NCBI GenBank assembly: GCA_020184695.1
Contig: JAANOX010000271.1
Location: 321,888-385,887 of the forward strand
DNA: 64,000 bases
From: Histomonas meleagridis 2922-C6/04-290x
Taxonomy: Eukaryota; Protista; Parabasalia
Reading direction: 5' to 3'
Within the stretch, counting starts at the first letter, position 1, and every line of letters starts with the position of its first letter. Below are positions 1 through 11,326 of this stretch, in pieces. The notes under the pieces were generated by a model, which was not told the origin of the DNA, did not search any database, and saw nothing but the letters and a program-made list of their open reading frames with translations. The translations under genes were made by a program, and so were the position numbers.

Positions 1-1719
1 CCATTCGTCCATTTTCCTTGCGATGAAGAAATTCGCGTTTAACTTTCCTTGTTTCGTATTCATGAACATTGTAATCCTATTAAAGTGATCATTATTATCA
101 TACAACGAAGAATGTAATGCAGCGCTATTTTCATAAAATGATTGTCTTCCAGCAATGACAATCGCAGGAGACCAACCACATCCATAATGCGAAGCGCCCA
201 CGAAAACGTCAGTTTCATTTGTGTTGTTCATGATATATTCTGCTGTTTCATAGTCGACGTCATCCCAAATTGGCATTTTCTGTTGAATCTTTTGATATAT
301 TCCAATTATGGATGATATACACATGAAAAATGTAATGAAGAATATCAATGTATGGAATATACTTCGATGTTCTTTCTTAAATAATTTAGTAAATGATATC
401 ATTCCTGAATATGATAATGATATTATTAATGGAAGGATTGTTGATATAAGTTCAAAGAAGTTATAACGAATTTCATTATGAAGTGTTACAAATGTAAATA
501 AATAAAAGATTATTAAACTTATAATGGTTCGATATATAAGTTTCTTATTAAAGAAACTAAATGTTAAGACTGGAAATAGAAATCCAAATACAGATAAAGA
601 GAATTTAACAGGAGGAAGTAAGGACTTACTATATGATTGAAAACTAAACATATATTGATTAGTAATTTTGGGTTTAAATCCAGTATAAATAATATATAAA
701 ACTGTTGGAATTATGCAAATTGCTTTGATAAGAAGATGCTTAAGATTAAAGGTTGATGGAAAATAAAATAAATACATTATTGTTAATATAAAACCTGATT
801 GAACACGAACAATTGTGCAGAAAAGAACTAAAATCCCAGAAAATATAAGGCCGTTGGATTGAAGTAAATTGAGAACAGTGAGTGAAAGGGAGAACGTTAA
901 AAGGGCTGGACGAGATGTAATAAAGCAGTGAAGTATGGGGTGCCCCCAAACATTGTAGCTATTCTTACCATAGTTGAAAACAAAATCAAGATTGGCATTG
1001 TACCTATCTTCAGTGTTGTTGATGAAATTGAGAAAGCCAAACCCACCAAGTAAGAAAGCAACAGGGACAGAAAGAACTGAGACAAACTCATTATTAGATA
1101 TTTTATAGGTAAGATAATATTGGAGAATAACAATAGAAGAAAAAAGTAGAACAGTTTGAATAAGTACGGCATGCTCAGTTAGAGAACCTGTGACTACCAT
1201 CATTGCAGAATAAAATGATGGAAGATACTCTGTTTTGGCTTGGTTTTCTGAAAAGAGTGGAAGCTTAACACCATTGATAAAGTTGCTGTGTTTGTTTGTG
1301 CCATTGGCAAAAGAAGCTATATAAGCAAATTCTAAAAGACAATCATTTAATCCTGTAGAAATGATTTTTCCTTTTTCACCATATGCTATGTAAGAAATAT
1401 AAGAAAGTAAAACAATGTAAATAATAAGAATAATAATAGTGATTGTTTTTGGGAATTTCAAATAAATTGTTCGCTTTCTCCCAATCATAAAAAAAATTAC
1501 GCCTAATGTAATAGCCCCCAATATTTGAGCAACAACAAATGATGAGGTAACACCAATGAAATTACTAAGCATTGAAATAATTGATGTTAATGTCATTCCA
1601 ACTGGGAATGAAGCTCCTAAAATATCAAGACCTCCTCGCTTTGAAATACATTTAAGTAGTTGATAGCCTAAAAATGTTGAAGCAATTGGCAGCGCGTAGC
1701 CATATGGAACAGATGCCAT
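1..1719 (-). CDS. Multi-pass membrane protein, 3'-incomplete (runs off the window start); possibly GT-C-fold glycosyltransferase-like
   Basis: Manual translation from the ATG at 1719 (MASVPYGYALPIASTFLGY...) was stop-free in the stretches checked (1719-1141, 780-661, 60-1). It has many hydrophobic segments. It is absent from the ORF track, probably because it has no stop in the window. The GT-C idea is inference only. Confidence 0.75.
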   Translation of the reverse strand, partial: MASVPYGYALPIASTFLGYQLLKCISKRGGLDILGASFPVGMTLTSIISMLSNFIGVTSSFVVAQILGAITLGVIFFMIGRKRTIYLKFPKTITIIILIIYIVLLSYISYIAYGEKGKIISTGLNDCLLEFAYIASFANGTNKHSNFINGVKLPLFSENQAKTEYLPSFYSAMMVVTGSLTEHAVLIQTVLLFSSIVILQYYLTYKISNNEFVSVLSVPVAFLLGGFGFLNFINNTEDRYNANLDFVFNYGKNSYNVWGHPILHCFITSRPALLTFSLSLTVLNLLQSNGLIFSGILVLFCTIVRVQSGFILTIMYLFYFPSTFNLKHLLIKAICIIPTVLYIIYTGFKPKITNQYMFSFQSYSKSLLPPVKFSLSVFGFLFPVLTFSFFNKKLIYRTIISLIIFYLFTFVTLHNEIRYNFFELISTILPLIISLSYSGMISFTKLFKKEHRSIFHTLIFFITFFMCISSIIGIYQKIQQKMPIWDDVDYETAEYIMNNTNETDVFVGASHYGCGWSPAIVIAGRQSFYENSAALHSSLYDNNDHFNRITMFMNTKQGKLNANFFIARKMDEW

Positions 1720-1776
1720 TTTGTAACTAACGGTCTCATACGAACGTTAAAGAGACACAAACGGTCTTACATAAAA
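1720..1776. promoter_or_regulatory. 57-bp bidirectional core promoter between head-to-head genes
   Basis: Divergent ATGs at 1719(-) and 1777(+); two AACGGTC motifs resembling the trichomonad Myb-bound M3 element. Confidence 0.5.
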
Positions 1777-2439
1777 ATGAGTGAAAAATCAGCTGTTCTG
1801 AATCAATGTCAAAAGATCACAAGAGAATTTATAAACAATCCGCTCTGTATGCTTTTTGTTCATCCTCTTACTTTTGTTGACAAAAAAAGTCAACTTGAAT
1901 ATACATCTAAAATTAAAGAACAAATGGATTTGCAAACAGTCAACAAAAAACTCAAAGACAACTGCTATTCTAACCTTCAAGAATGGGCATATGATATGTA
2001 TCTCATTTTTAATAATGCTATACTTTTTAATGATGAAACTTCTATTATTGGTGGTGCTGCTGTTTATTTGCGTAAAAGGCTTGACAAAAGAATACGTCAG
2101 TTGGAAGCAATGAACTTACGGAATTATGAAGATCAATTAATTCAACTTGGTAAACGCCTTGAAAATATTTTAAAAGATCTTCCACTCGGATTAAATGTTG
2201 AACTTAGAGAAGATCTTGGAACTAATGACAATGAAGATTTCACAATAAGTCGAATAACAGAACTTCAATCTGCACTGACTCAAATCGCTTCACAAGGCAG
2301 ATCAAAAGAAATCATTGCTGTGCTAAAGGAAGTGAATCCAGATGCAGAATATAGTGAGGTCGGAGAAATTGATCTTTCTCATTTAGGAAGAAATTCTTTA
2401 CTTAAACTTGAATCTTTTGTTCAGAACCAGAATAAATAA
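1777..2439 (+). CDS. Bromodomain-containing protein
   Basis: F..PL...Y...IKEQMDLQTVNKKLKDNCYSNLQEWAYDMYLIFNNAILFN matches the bromodomain signature. Confidence 0.9.
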   Translation: MSEKSAVLNQCQKITREFINNPLCMLFVHPLTFVDKKSQLEYTSKIKEQMDLQTVNKKLKDNCYSNLQEWAYDMYLIFNNAILFNDETSIIGGAAVYLRKRLDKRIRQLEAMNLRNYEDQLIQLGKRLENILKDLPLGLNVELREDLGTNDNEDFTISRITELQSALTQIASQGRSKEIIAVLKEVNPDAEYSEVGEIDLSHLGRNSLLKLESFVQNQNK

Positions 2440-2804
2440 ATGTAATAAATCAGATTTTTATATTATAATTTAAATTTAGTTCTAAAAAATTTAAAAATTA
2501 TAAGGGAAAAAATGTGTTATCAATAGTAAAGGTGTAAACGTGTTTTAATGGTTTTATTATTTTCTTTTAAAAGTAAATTCATCTTAAAATTTTTATTATT
2601 TAACTACTATAAAAGGGTACAATTTTTTTAATGATCAAATTAAGAATAAATGAATCTAAGAATTAATATTAAAATTTTATCCTTAATCAAAATGGGAAAG
2701 GGAACGAAAAATTTATACAAGATAACACAATTTTACCTATAAATCGAAAATTATTTTGAACAGGTACATCTAAAATATGATATTAAATCCCATACCCAAA
2801 AAAA

Positions 2805-2876
2805 TGGATGTGTGGGGGATCGAACCCCAGGCCTCTACAATGCAAATGTAGCGCTCTACCACTGAGCTACACACCC
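2805..2876 (-). tRNA. tRNA-Ala (anticodon UGC)
   Basis: The reverse complement folds as a cloverleaf: acceptor GGGTGTG/CACATCC with the G3:U70 alanine identity pair, D arm GCTC/GAGC, anticodon loop TTTGCAT, T loop TTCGATC, followed by a T7 Pol III terminator. Confidence 0.97.
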
Positions 2877-3257
2877 TTACGTAAGTAAGAAATTATCATA
2901 ATATAAAATTATAAAAATATACATGCAAATATTTAAAATTTTGATAGAAAATTTGTTTCAGAAATAATTATTATATCTTTTCCCAATTCAAAAATACTCA
3001 ATATCAAGAACAAGTTAGAGAAATTCAATAACAATAAAATGTAATCACTTTTTTTTCTTTGTAACATTTGTAAACTTTACATTTCTAGAAGCAATGATAT
3101 TGTTATTGTTCCTTTAAATTTCCTAACTTTCCGAGGCATACTTCAAATTCAAAGATTACTTCAACACAAGAACTTGCAGCCAAACTTCTGTATTTTATTC
3201 TAAAGCCCAAAAAAGCATTTTGAAATTTTGGAGATTGCTCATAAAAAAATAAGATAA

Positions 3258-3384
3258 CAAAAGAAATCATTGCTGTGCTAAAGGAAGTGAATCCAGATGC
3301 AGAATATAGTGAGGTCGGAGAAATTGATCTTTCTCATTTAGGAAGAAATTCTTTACTTAAACTTGAATCTTTTGTTCAGAACCA
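3258..3384 (+). repeat. 127-bp direct duplicate of the bromodomain gene 3' end (2303-2429)
   Basis: Identical sequence caaaagaaatcattgctg...gttcagaacca, at an offset of 955 bp. Confidence 0.9.
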
Positions 3385-4009
3385 AATAAAATAAATTGAC
3401 TTAAATAAAATTATTTAAATTAACTTTTTCAATAATAGGTTCGTAAACACCCTCAATTTGAATTATAAATGTTTTACGATACACGAAATTGTGTGTTGTT
3501 TTGCTTTAATAATTGACAATGTCTGTCTGTCATAAAAAACGATTACCCTATAAGTTTCATTTTCTTGGCATGTTTTTTTACTTTGCTATTTCAATGGAAG
3601 TTAATTTCCATGTTAAAATTCCCTCAATTTGATATATCATAATAAATATGAATATTGTCATATCTGAATGAATTACCAGATTTATACGAGATGACAAAAT
3701 AGGATTTTTATTATATTACATATATTTGGAATTTGAAATTACTACGCTGAAAAATGGTGGAAAAATGTCTCATGCATTGCTTGTCTTGATCAAGGTTAAC
3801 GTGTAAAATTCAATACCAGAAAACCGGTTTTTCACAGAAAAATAACCGCTGTTTCGGGGGTTAGCAAAAAAAATCAGTTAAAAACTTTTTAATGAAAATT
3901 CAATGTTATCAATTTGGTGTAAATTTGATAAATTTATAAGGTTCTGTGCTTAAAAAGTCAATCTGAAATTCTTGTCGGTTCAATGTTATCAAAACTTTGA
4001 AAATATATT

Positions 4010-5062
4010 TTGAGTGAATTCACTTCACAATTTTTTCTTGTTATTCTCTTCCTTTTATTTGGATTAATTACAAGTTCGAACAAAACTGTCATTTACTATG
4101 GTGACATTACGGGCCCTCAATCAGATCTTCAGTATTTCGAACAAATTGAGACAGCAATCAATAAAGCTTATCCAGAACTTGGAAATGATACATAAATATT
4201 GGCCATTTCTTCCCAGGTTAAAAGTGATCTTAATAAAACCGAGACTCGTAAATTCCATAGCAATAATACAAATCCTGTTCTTTCAGAAATAGCTGGAAAT
4301 TCTGACCTTATCTATTTCTATACTTCAACTGACTATGCAATTTCTATCGACTTGTCTGGTATTTCTTGTGAAGGTATACTTGTTTACAATAATAATAACC
4401 AAAAAAGCTTGGAAATCAAAGGATCAGATCTTTCTTCTGTTGGTTTTGTAGGACTTATGGGTCGTGTGAATTCAAATAGCCCAATGACATTCAACAAATT
4501 CACAGCGATGTATTATCAAGGTGAATATTCTTCAAATCTTTTCGTTGGATATGATTTTGAAACTGTTTCTCAAAGCACTGCTCCACTTGCTCTCTATTCT
4601 ATTCAAACTGGAGATCAGACACAACTTCAAATCACAGCATCCACAGATGGATTTTATGTTCCTTCAATTGGATCAACTCAAGGACGTGCTTTTCAGGATG
4701 GTAAATCACTTCTAATTAATCCATATATTAGTGCTGCTAAAAATATCGACATTTCATTAGGAGAAAATGTATCTGAACCACAAAACTTAGTGTTATATTT
4801 CGATGATCCAATTTACGCACCAATAGGTTACTTATCTGCTTCTGCTTTATCTTATTTCACAACTATTAAATCTAAAATAGAAAACTTTGCAATTCATATT
4901 AATTTTGTGGGTGAAAGCTGGCAAAATGTCCAAAACTTTGAACTAAAACTATGTATTGGTGATGGATTCAGAGATTTGATCGATACTTCTTCAGTCCCAT
5001 CAAATATCAAAATTGTCTTCGAAGAACCTAAATGTTACAGTATTTTTACAAGGATAACATGA
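4010..5062 (+). pseudogene. Putative secreted/surface protein interrupted by one in-frame TAA (4193-4195), with no clear ATG
   Basis: ORFs 4010-4195 and 4199-5062 are in the same frame. The N-terminus is signal-peptide-like (FFLVILFLLFGLITS) but starts at TTG. Confidence 0.55.
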
Positions 5063-5607
5063 TTCCTTTCACATTTAAATATCCATTTTCTGTTGGATTG
5101 TCATCAAAGATAAGACAGGCTAATTGTAAATTCTCCGATGTATCATGATATGTTGTAAGTATTGACTTTCATAGTTTCATCTATTTTAATGATCATTATG
5201 AGTTCACATTAATTTTCTAGGTTAATCGCAAACCTTAACTAATTCCATTTTTTTTAAAAAATTTCTTTAATGAATTGAGAATACATTTTTATATTTATGG
5301 ACAATGATCATTAAAAATGTTAATCTTCATTTCGTTAAGCATCACTTCCTTGCTGTTCTCAAGAGAAACAAGACATCCTGCAAAACCAAAACACCGAAAA
5401 TTTCTTTTACAAGTTATGCAAACAAAATATTTAACTTATTCTATAAATCGAATGATAAAAATATTTATTGAAAAATTTTGTGAGTTGTACTTACCTAAAT
5501 TTATCATAAAAAATGTTTATTTTGGATTTTTTACTTTAAAATCAAATTTTTAATAAATATATAAAAACATAATAATTTGTATTTGATTATAATAGAATAT
5601 AACATTT

Positions 5608-6111
5608 TTAATGTTTTCCGCTTAAGCGTGATAACCTATTTCTTAGCTTTTGATTCTTATTTATAAGCTTTGTATATGTAGCAGAAAGTTGTGGAATTTC
5701 AGTATAATTTATTTGATATGTTTCTTTAACAATTTCTTCGATAGAATTTTTTTGAATAAATGGATCTTGTGCTTGAACAAAGTTATCTGCATCAATTACT
5801 CTTTTTTTGAGTTGATCTATATCTTCATTCTTTGGAATATATTTTTTGTTTAAATTTTGAATCTGAAATTTTAATCTTTGAATTTCTTGATCCATTTGTT
5901 CCAAAACGAGTTTTGTTGAAGGGTCAAAGTATAACTCATCTCCATAGTTAAAAGTCATTGAATATTCTGAATTTCTTTCATTAACTGCATTCAATGCCAT
6001 TTTTCTTTCATGTTTCATTGTATCGATTTCTTTATAATTTTGAAAAATCTCAGTATTAAGTGGAACTGTTGTATCAATATCTGGAGGCTCAACAAAACTC
6101 ATATATGACAA
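5608..6111 (-). CDS. Hypothetical coiled-coil protein
   Basis: 167-aa ATG-initiated ORF, heptad-like and charged, head-to-head with dnaJ. Confidence 0.65.
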   Translation of the reverse strand: MSYMSFVEPPDIDTTVPLNTEIFQNYKEIDTMKHERKMALNAVNERNSEYSMTFNYGDELYFDPSTKLVLEQMDQEIQRLKFQIQNLNKKYIPKNEDIDQLKKRVIDADNFVQAQDPFIQKNSIEEIVKETYQINYTEIPQLSATYTKLINKNQKLRNRLSRLSGKH

Positions 6112-6282
6112 AACAATAAGTTCTCAAATTAAATCGACATAAAGAAAAACTATGAAATCATGTCGAACGTTTATTTGTATGCAAGATTGGGCAGCTAAAT
6201 TTTCATTGAATTTTCAGAGCTTCGGCCACTTATACACTGAAAAAATAGATGAACTGAATTTGGTTATCATTTTTATTTAAAG

Positions 6283-7428
6283 ATGGGAAAAGATTTTTAT
6301 GCAATATTAGGTGTTCCACGTGATGCAGATGCTACCACACTAAAAAAAGCATACCGTAAATTAGCAATGAAATGGCATCCTGATAAAAACATTAATAATC
6401 AAGAAGTCGCACAAGCAAAGTTCCAAGAAATATCAGAAGCATATGATGTTCTTAGTGATCCAAAGAAACGTGAAATATATGATCAATATGGAGAAGAAGG
6501 TCTCAAAGTTGGAGGAAATCCAAATCCATCTGGTCCAAATATGGATGGATTCACAAGAGGTTCACCAAATGGTAACTTTAGATACGAATTTACACAACAA
6601 CAAGCAGAAGACTTATTTAGAAATATATTTGGCGATCTTGGAGGTTTCGGATTCGGAAGAAGAATGGGTGGAAATCCAAATGTCCGAATAAATGGTCACC
6701 GCGTAGGTGGACAAAATGGAAACTTTAGAAGTTTCGATGATTTTGATATGTTCCAAGATCAAATGGGCGATAGTCCTTATAAAGGAAGAGGTCATAGAGT
6801 AGGCGGTGATGGTTTTGGAAATCATTTTGGATTTGGAAATATGAGCATGGATGATTCATTTGTCGATGATGGAAATCAAGGATATGGATTCTCAAGGCAA
6901 CCACAAACAATCCCACCACTCAGAATAGAATTACCATGTACACTTGAACAATTGAATAACTGCGTTACAAGGAAGTTGAAGGTAAGAAGAAATGTATATG
7001 GAAAAGAAGAAGAAAAGATTCTTTTGGTCGAGTTGAAGCCATGGTGGAAGGATGGAACAAAGATTACATTCGAAGGTGAAGGTGATCGAAAACAAGGACT
7101 TCCACCACAAGATGTTCAATTCATTGTGAAAGAAGTTCCACATAGTGTATTCAAACGTGTCAAAGATGATTTGTATTGCGAAGAAACTATTGGTTTAAAA
7201 GATGCACTTTGTGGATTCACATTCAGCAAGGTTGGTATTGATGGTCGTGTAATCAGATTAAATATTAACGATGTTATTCAGAATGGCTCTGAACGTAGAA
7301 TCCGTGGAGAAGGTATGAGAACAAAGAATGGTCAACGTGGTGATTTAATAGTCAAATTTAATGTTCGATATCCAACATATTTATCACCTGACCAAAAAGC
7401 AAAATTAAGAGAATATCTTCCAAATTAA
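6283..7428 (+). CDS. Type II DnaJ/Hsp40 (DNAJB/Sis1-like)
   Basis: J domain with HPD (KWHPDKN), G/F-rich linker, C-terminal peptide-binding domain (LPCTLEQL...GEGD...[12 protein letters not shown]). Confidence 0.95.
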   Translation: MGKDFYAILGVPRDADATTLKKAYRKLAMKWHPDKNINNQEVAQAKFQEISEAYDVLSDPKKREIYDQYGEEGLKVGGNPNPSGPNMDGFTRGSPNGNFRYEFTQQQAEDLFRNIFGDLGGFGFGRRMGGNPNVRINGHRVGGQNGNFRSFDDFDMFQDQMGDSPYKGRGHRVGGDGFGNHFGFGNMSMDDSFVDDGNQGYGFSRQPQTIPPLRIELPCTLEQLNNCVTRKLKVRRNVYGKEEEKILLVELKPWWKDGTKITFEGEGDRKQGLPPQDVQFIVKEVPHSVFKRVKDDLYCEETIGLKDALCGFTFSKVGIDGRVIRLNINDVIQNGSERRIRGEGMRTKNGQRGDLIVKFNVRYPTYLSPDQKAKLREYLPN

Positions 7429-7660
7429 ATTGTATGAAACCTAGAATTGAAGTAAATATCAATTGTTTATAAATTCTTTTTTACCAAATGAGAATAATTG
7501 TGTCAAAATATTTGGATGTTTTGACATAAAAATATTTTTGAAATTATAATGATCGTTTCATTAACAAAACAAACGGTTTTAGTATTTTTGACTCTATAAA
7601 GAGGCCGTTTATAAAAATTGAGTCCAAGTGACATCACTTACCAAAATTCACTAAAAAAGG

Positions 7661-10600
7661 TTGATTTTCTCAAAATCTTCTTATCAACAAATAGCAAACA
7701 TACCAAGGGGAAGAACTCAGTGTTCTCCAAGTTATTCAATTCCATCAACTTGTGATATTCATAAACTCGATATTTACATTGAACAAGAAAAATTAATTTC
7801 TAATAACATTTCATCAATATTTGAAATCACAATCAATAACGAAGATCCATATAATGCATTTAAGATATTGGTTGATGATGTTAAAAAAAGAAATTTAAAA
7901 AATTCTATCAAATCCATTACGTTATCACCAAATAGGCCCAATACAATAATTATTGAATCTAATGATAAAAGTTCTTTTATGAGTTTAATTCAACATAACT
8001 TTGATTTTTCTGAAAATTTTCTTAGAAATGCAATTGATTTTGGTTCCTCTATTCGTTTTTTGAAGTTTCCTCCTGGTACTATAGTTAGAATTTATGGGAA
8101 AGAAGCAGGTCAAGTTGTTACTTCTGATGCAACAACTCAAAAAATTCTGGTAAAATATCTTCCATGCATTGATTATGAACAGCTCAAAACGTCGGAAATA
8201 AAGAGTCAAAAATATATTAACATGAAAATGCCAAGTGATTACAAACCTAAGAAAATTTATTTTGTAAAAAATTTTTTTATACGCTATAAAATCAAACTTG
8301 ATGAAGAAGAAATTCCAATTCCATATGCACACAATGGCGTCGCAAAAGCAATCAAGTGGGATGGTGATTTGTTTATTGGGATATTTCAATATTCATATTT
8401 TTCAATGGAAGATTTACAAATTCAAAACTTAAACATAACTAAAGAAGAATATTCCATATTCGAAAATAATAGAGCTGATTTTGAAGGTCATGACCCAATT
8501 TTTAATGAAAATATGAGGAAAACTAAAAAAACTTTTGAACAAAATAATTTCTCTTTATTGAATACTAGAAACGATTCAGAAGAAAAAATGAATCAAAATG
8601 AAAGTCATATTTCCGAAGCAAAGATAAAAGTGAATGAAGAAAATATTATAAAACCAAATATATTATGGCACTCACAAAATAACCAAGGAAAACCTGTACG
8701 AATAGAAAATTATATTAAAAAAGAAACACAAAAAAGTTTTTCACAACAAACAGAATTTGAACCAAAAGAACAGCAAAAGCCTCAAGCTAGAGAAAAAATA
8801 AATGAGAACAAAGAACAACAAATATCTCAAACAAGAAAAATAACGAATGATAACAAAGAAAAACAAAGAGTTCAATCAGAAAAAATAAGTGAAAACAAAG
8901 AACAACAAATATCGCAAACAAGAAAAATAACGAATGATAACAAAGAAAAACAGAGAGTTCAATCAGAAAAAATAAGTGAAAACAAAGAACAACAAATTTC
9001 ACAAATAAGAAATGCAATAAATGAAAATAGAGAACAACAAATATCTCAAATAATCGAAACAACAAATGAAAATAAAGAACAACGAATATCTCAAATAATC
9101 GAAATAATAAATGAAGACAAAGAAAAGCAAAGAGTTCTATTAGAAAAAGTAAATGAAAACAAGGAACAACAAATATTTCAACCAAGAGAAACAAATGAAG
9201 ATAATGAGCGAGAAATTTCACAACAACACAGAGAAGAGTACACTCTTTATCATGTTCAAGCAAAAGCAAATACACAACAAAGGCATCAATCAAATAAAAA
9301 TAATCAATGGCAACAAATACCACAAATATTACATTCAGAACAAGAAATATCAAAGGAACAAATGTTACAGAGGCCACAAGCAGTACAAGAAACAGTGCAG
9401 CCACAAATACAACAAATTCAACAAAAACCACAATCAAATAAAGATAATCAACAGCAACAACAAATGCCACAACTTCAATCAGCACAAGAACTGACACAAC
9501 AATCAATGCAACAAAGGAACAAAGATGTACCTGAACAACAAATTCAAAAGAGATTGCAAGAGACACGAGAAATTCCACAACAACATAGAGAAGAATACAC
9601 TCTTTATCATGTTCAAGCAAAATCAAATACACAACAAAAGCCACAAATAAATAAAGATATTCCACAAAAGCAACCAATGCAACAGAGACGACAATTAACT
9701 CATGATAACCAGCAACAACAAATGCCACAACTTCTATCAGTACAAGAACTGACACAACAAAGAAACAAAGATATAACTGAACAACAAATTCAAAAGAGAT
9801 CGCAAGAAACACGAGAAATGCCACAACAACATAGAGAAGAATACACTCTTTACCATGTTCAAGCAGAAGCAAATACACATAAACTACAACCAGTACAGGA
9901 AACAGTGCTGCCACAAATACAGCAAAGGATACACTCAAATAAAGATAATCAACAACAACAAATATCACATACAGAACATAAAATATCACAGCGGCAAATG
10001 CCACAAAAGCAACAATCAAATAAAGATAATCAACAACAACCAATGCCACAAACATGTGAAGATATTTTATATCAACAACAAATTTCGCACACACTGTCTG
10101 AAGCATTACAACAATTTCAAATTAATTCAAATGAAGAAGATCAAGCAGAAACAAGTTCAGAGCAAGCTCTCGAGAAGCTTATTGAGTATTGCAAAAATTC
10201 GAAAGATATCACAAAGTTACGTCATATATATAAAATACTAGATGAAATGAAACAACAACACGAGACACCACAACAAGAACAACCAAAACAAACTGAATTA
10301 AGACAACCAAAGTATTGGCCGTATGATTTAGTTCGACTAAATTCTAATTTAGTTGGAACTGTTATTAATATAACTGAAACAGATGACACAATAATTCTAC
10401 AAAACAATAGAATCGAAACTGTTACTGAAGATAAAATTGTCAAAAAATTGTCTCCTCAGCCAAAAGTTATTGATTGTCACAAAACGCAATTATTTATTGG
10501 AGATAGAGTAAAATTTAACGAAACAAAAGAAGGAAAAATCATTCAAATGTATAATAAACATCTCTACGTAGAATTACCAGATAACTCATTCCAATGTGTT

Positions 10601-10849
10601 CCTGCAAGATTGGTAGAGTCTTTGTCTCCTAAAAACCGAAGTTGTTCTGTGATTGGTGAAAAAATTATTTACATAAAAGGAAAACACGTTTACTCGAAAC
10701 CGTTAAAAATTACGGATGTTACAACGAGAAAAGGATTAACAGTAACTGATAATAGAGGAAACGAACGAAGTTTCCCATTGGAACTTCATGGAAAAAAGTG
10801 GGTATACGAAAACGAATTTCAGTCTCTTTTAGAAAGTGGAGCGTTATAA
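7661..10849 (+). CDS. Divergent Spt5-like (NGN/KOW) protein with a large Q/E-rich repeat insert
   Basis: KOW-like segments (PGTIVRIYGKEAGQVV...KYLPCIDY; YDLVRLNSNLVGTVI; IDCHKTQLFIGDRVKF..EGKIIQMYNKHLYV) resemble Spt5 KOW motifs. The ORF starts at TTG, so the true start is uncertain. Confidence 0.6.
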   Translation: MIFSKSSYQQIANIPRGRTQCSPSYSIPSTCDIHKLDIYIEQEKLISNNISSIFEITINNEDPYNAFKILVDDVKKRNLKNSIKSITLSPNRPNTIIIESNDKSSFMSLIQHNFDFSENFLRNAIDFGSSIRFLKFPPGTIVRIYGKEAGQVVTSDATTQKILVKYLPCIDYEQLKTSEIKSQKYINMKMPSDYKPKKIYFVKNFFIRYKIKLDEEEIPIPYAHNGVAKAIKWDGDLFIGIFQYSYFSMEDLQIQNLNITKEEYSIFENNRADFEGHDPIFNENMRKTKKTFEQNNFSLLNTRNDSEEKMNQNESHISEAKIKVNEENIIKPNILWHSQNNQGKPVRIENYIKKETQKSFSQQTEFEPKEQQKPQAREKINENKEQQISQTRKITNDNKEKQRVQSEKISENKEQQISQTRKITNDNKEKQRVQSEKISENKEQQISQIRNAINENREQQISQIIETTNENKEQRISQIIEIINEDKEKQRVLLEKVNENKEQQIFQPRETNEDNEREISQQHREEYTLYHVQAKANTQQRHQSNKNNQWQQIPQILHSEQEISKEQMLQRPQAVQETVQPQIQQIQQKPQSNKDNQQQQQMPQLQSAQELTQQSMQQRNKDVPEQQIQKRLQETREIPQQHREEYTLYHVQAKSNTQQKPQINKDIPQKQPMQQRRQLTHDNQQQQMPQLLSVQELTQQRNKDITEQQIQKRSQETREMPQQHREEYTLYHVQAEANTHKLQPVQETVLPQIQQRIHSNKDNQQQQISHTEHKISQRQMPQKQQSNKDNQQQPMPQTCEDILYQQQISHTLSEALQQFQINSNEEDQAETSSEQALEKLIEYCKNSKDITKLRHIYKILDEMKQQHETPQQEQPKQTELRQPKYWPYDLVRLNSNLVGTVINITETDDTIILQNNRIETVTEDKIVKKLSPQPKVIDCHKTQLFIGDRVKFNETKEGKIIQMYNKHLYVELPDNSFQCVPARLVESLSPKNRSCSVIGEKIIYIKGKHVYSKPLKITDVTTRKGLTVTDNRGNERSFPLELHGKKWVYENEFQSLLESGAL
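8810..9870 (+). repeat. Intragenic repeats: 87-nt (29-aa) unit twice plus degenerate copies, and an HREEYTLYHVQA block three times
   Basis: KEQQISQTRKITNDNKEKQRVQSEKISEN starts at 8810 and 8897; the HREEYTLYHVQA block recurs three times. Confidence 0.85.
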
Positions 10850-11326
10850 TATTTAATATTTTTTTTTTTTTAATAAACACTGTATGTATATAAATAAAAT
10901 TATTAAAACTAATATACAAATGATGTTAAGCTTGAAATTATATTTTTACTAAGAAGATATTGATTATTTTCTCTTTTATTAGTAATTTATAATTTTTGTA
11001 TGTCTAATACCCGAAACAATCTTGAACACTTCATTAATAAATTGAACTTTTAAATAATACAAATCAAAATTAATATTTTACTATTTCTATTTTGGACAAA
11101 GAAAGAACAAAAATTTAAACGGTCATTTTTATTACAAGAAAAATTTAAATTCAGTTTGCGTGCAAACATTAAAACAATACCTTATATAGCTAATGAAATG
11201 GTAGTGCGTAAACATAATATGATTAAATTTATTCATTCTATACAAAGACAATCGATAATGAGATCTCAATCCCACAAAAAACAAATACAAAAGTCATTAA
11301 TTTACACAGCTCATTCATAAGGTGAT

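Noticed and set aside
4193-4195. TAA reassignment suggested by isolated in-frame TAA codons (4193, 30830, 42k repeat 3)
   Set aside because: Most intact genes in the window end in TAA and contain none internally; sporadic mutation or sequence error is simpler.
8787-10106. 439-aa antisense ORF and similar shadows (11851-12669, 26534-27097, the 46.8-49.3 kb alternates)
   Set aside because: These are off-frame or antisense by-products of repetitive or biased real genes.
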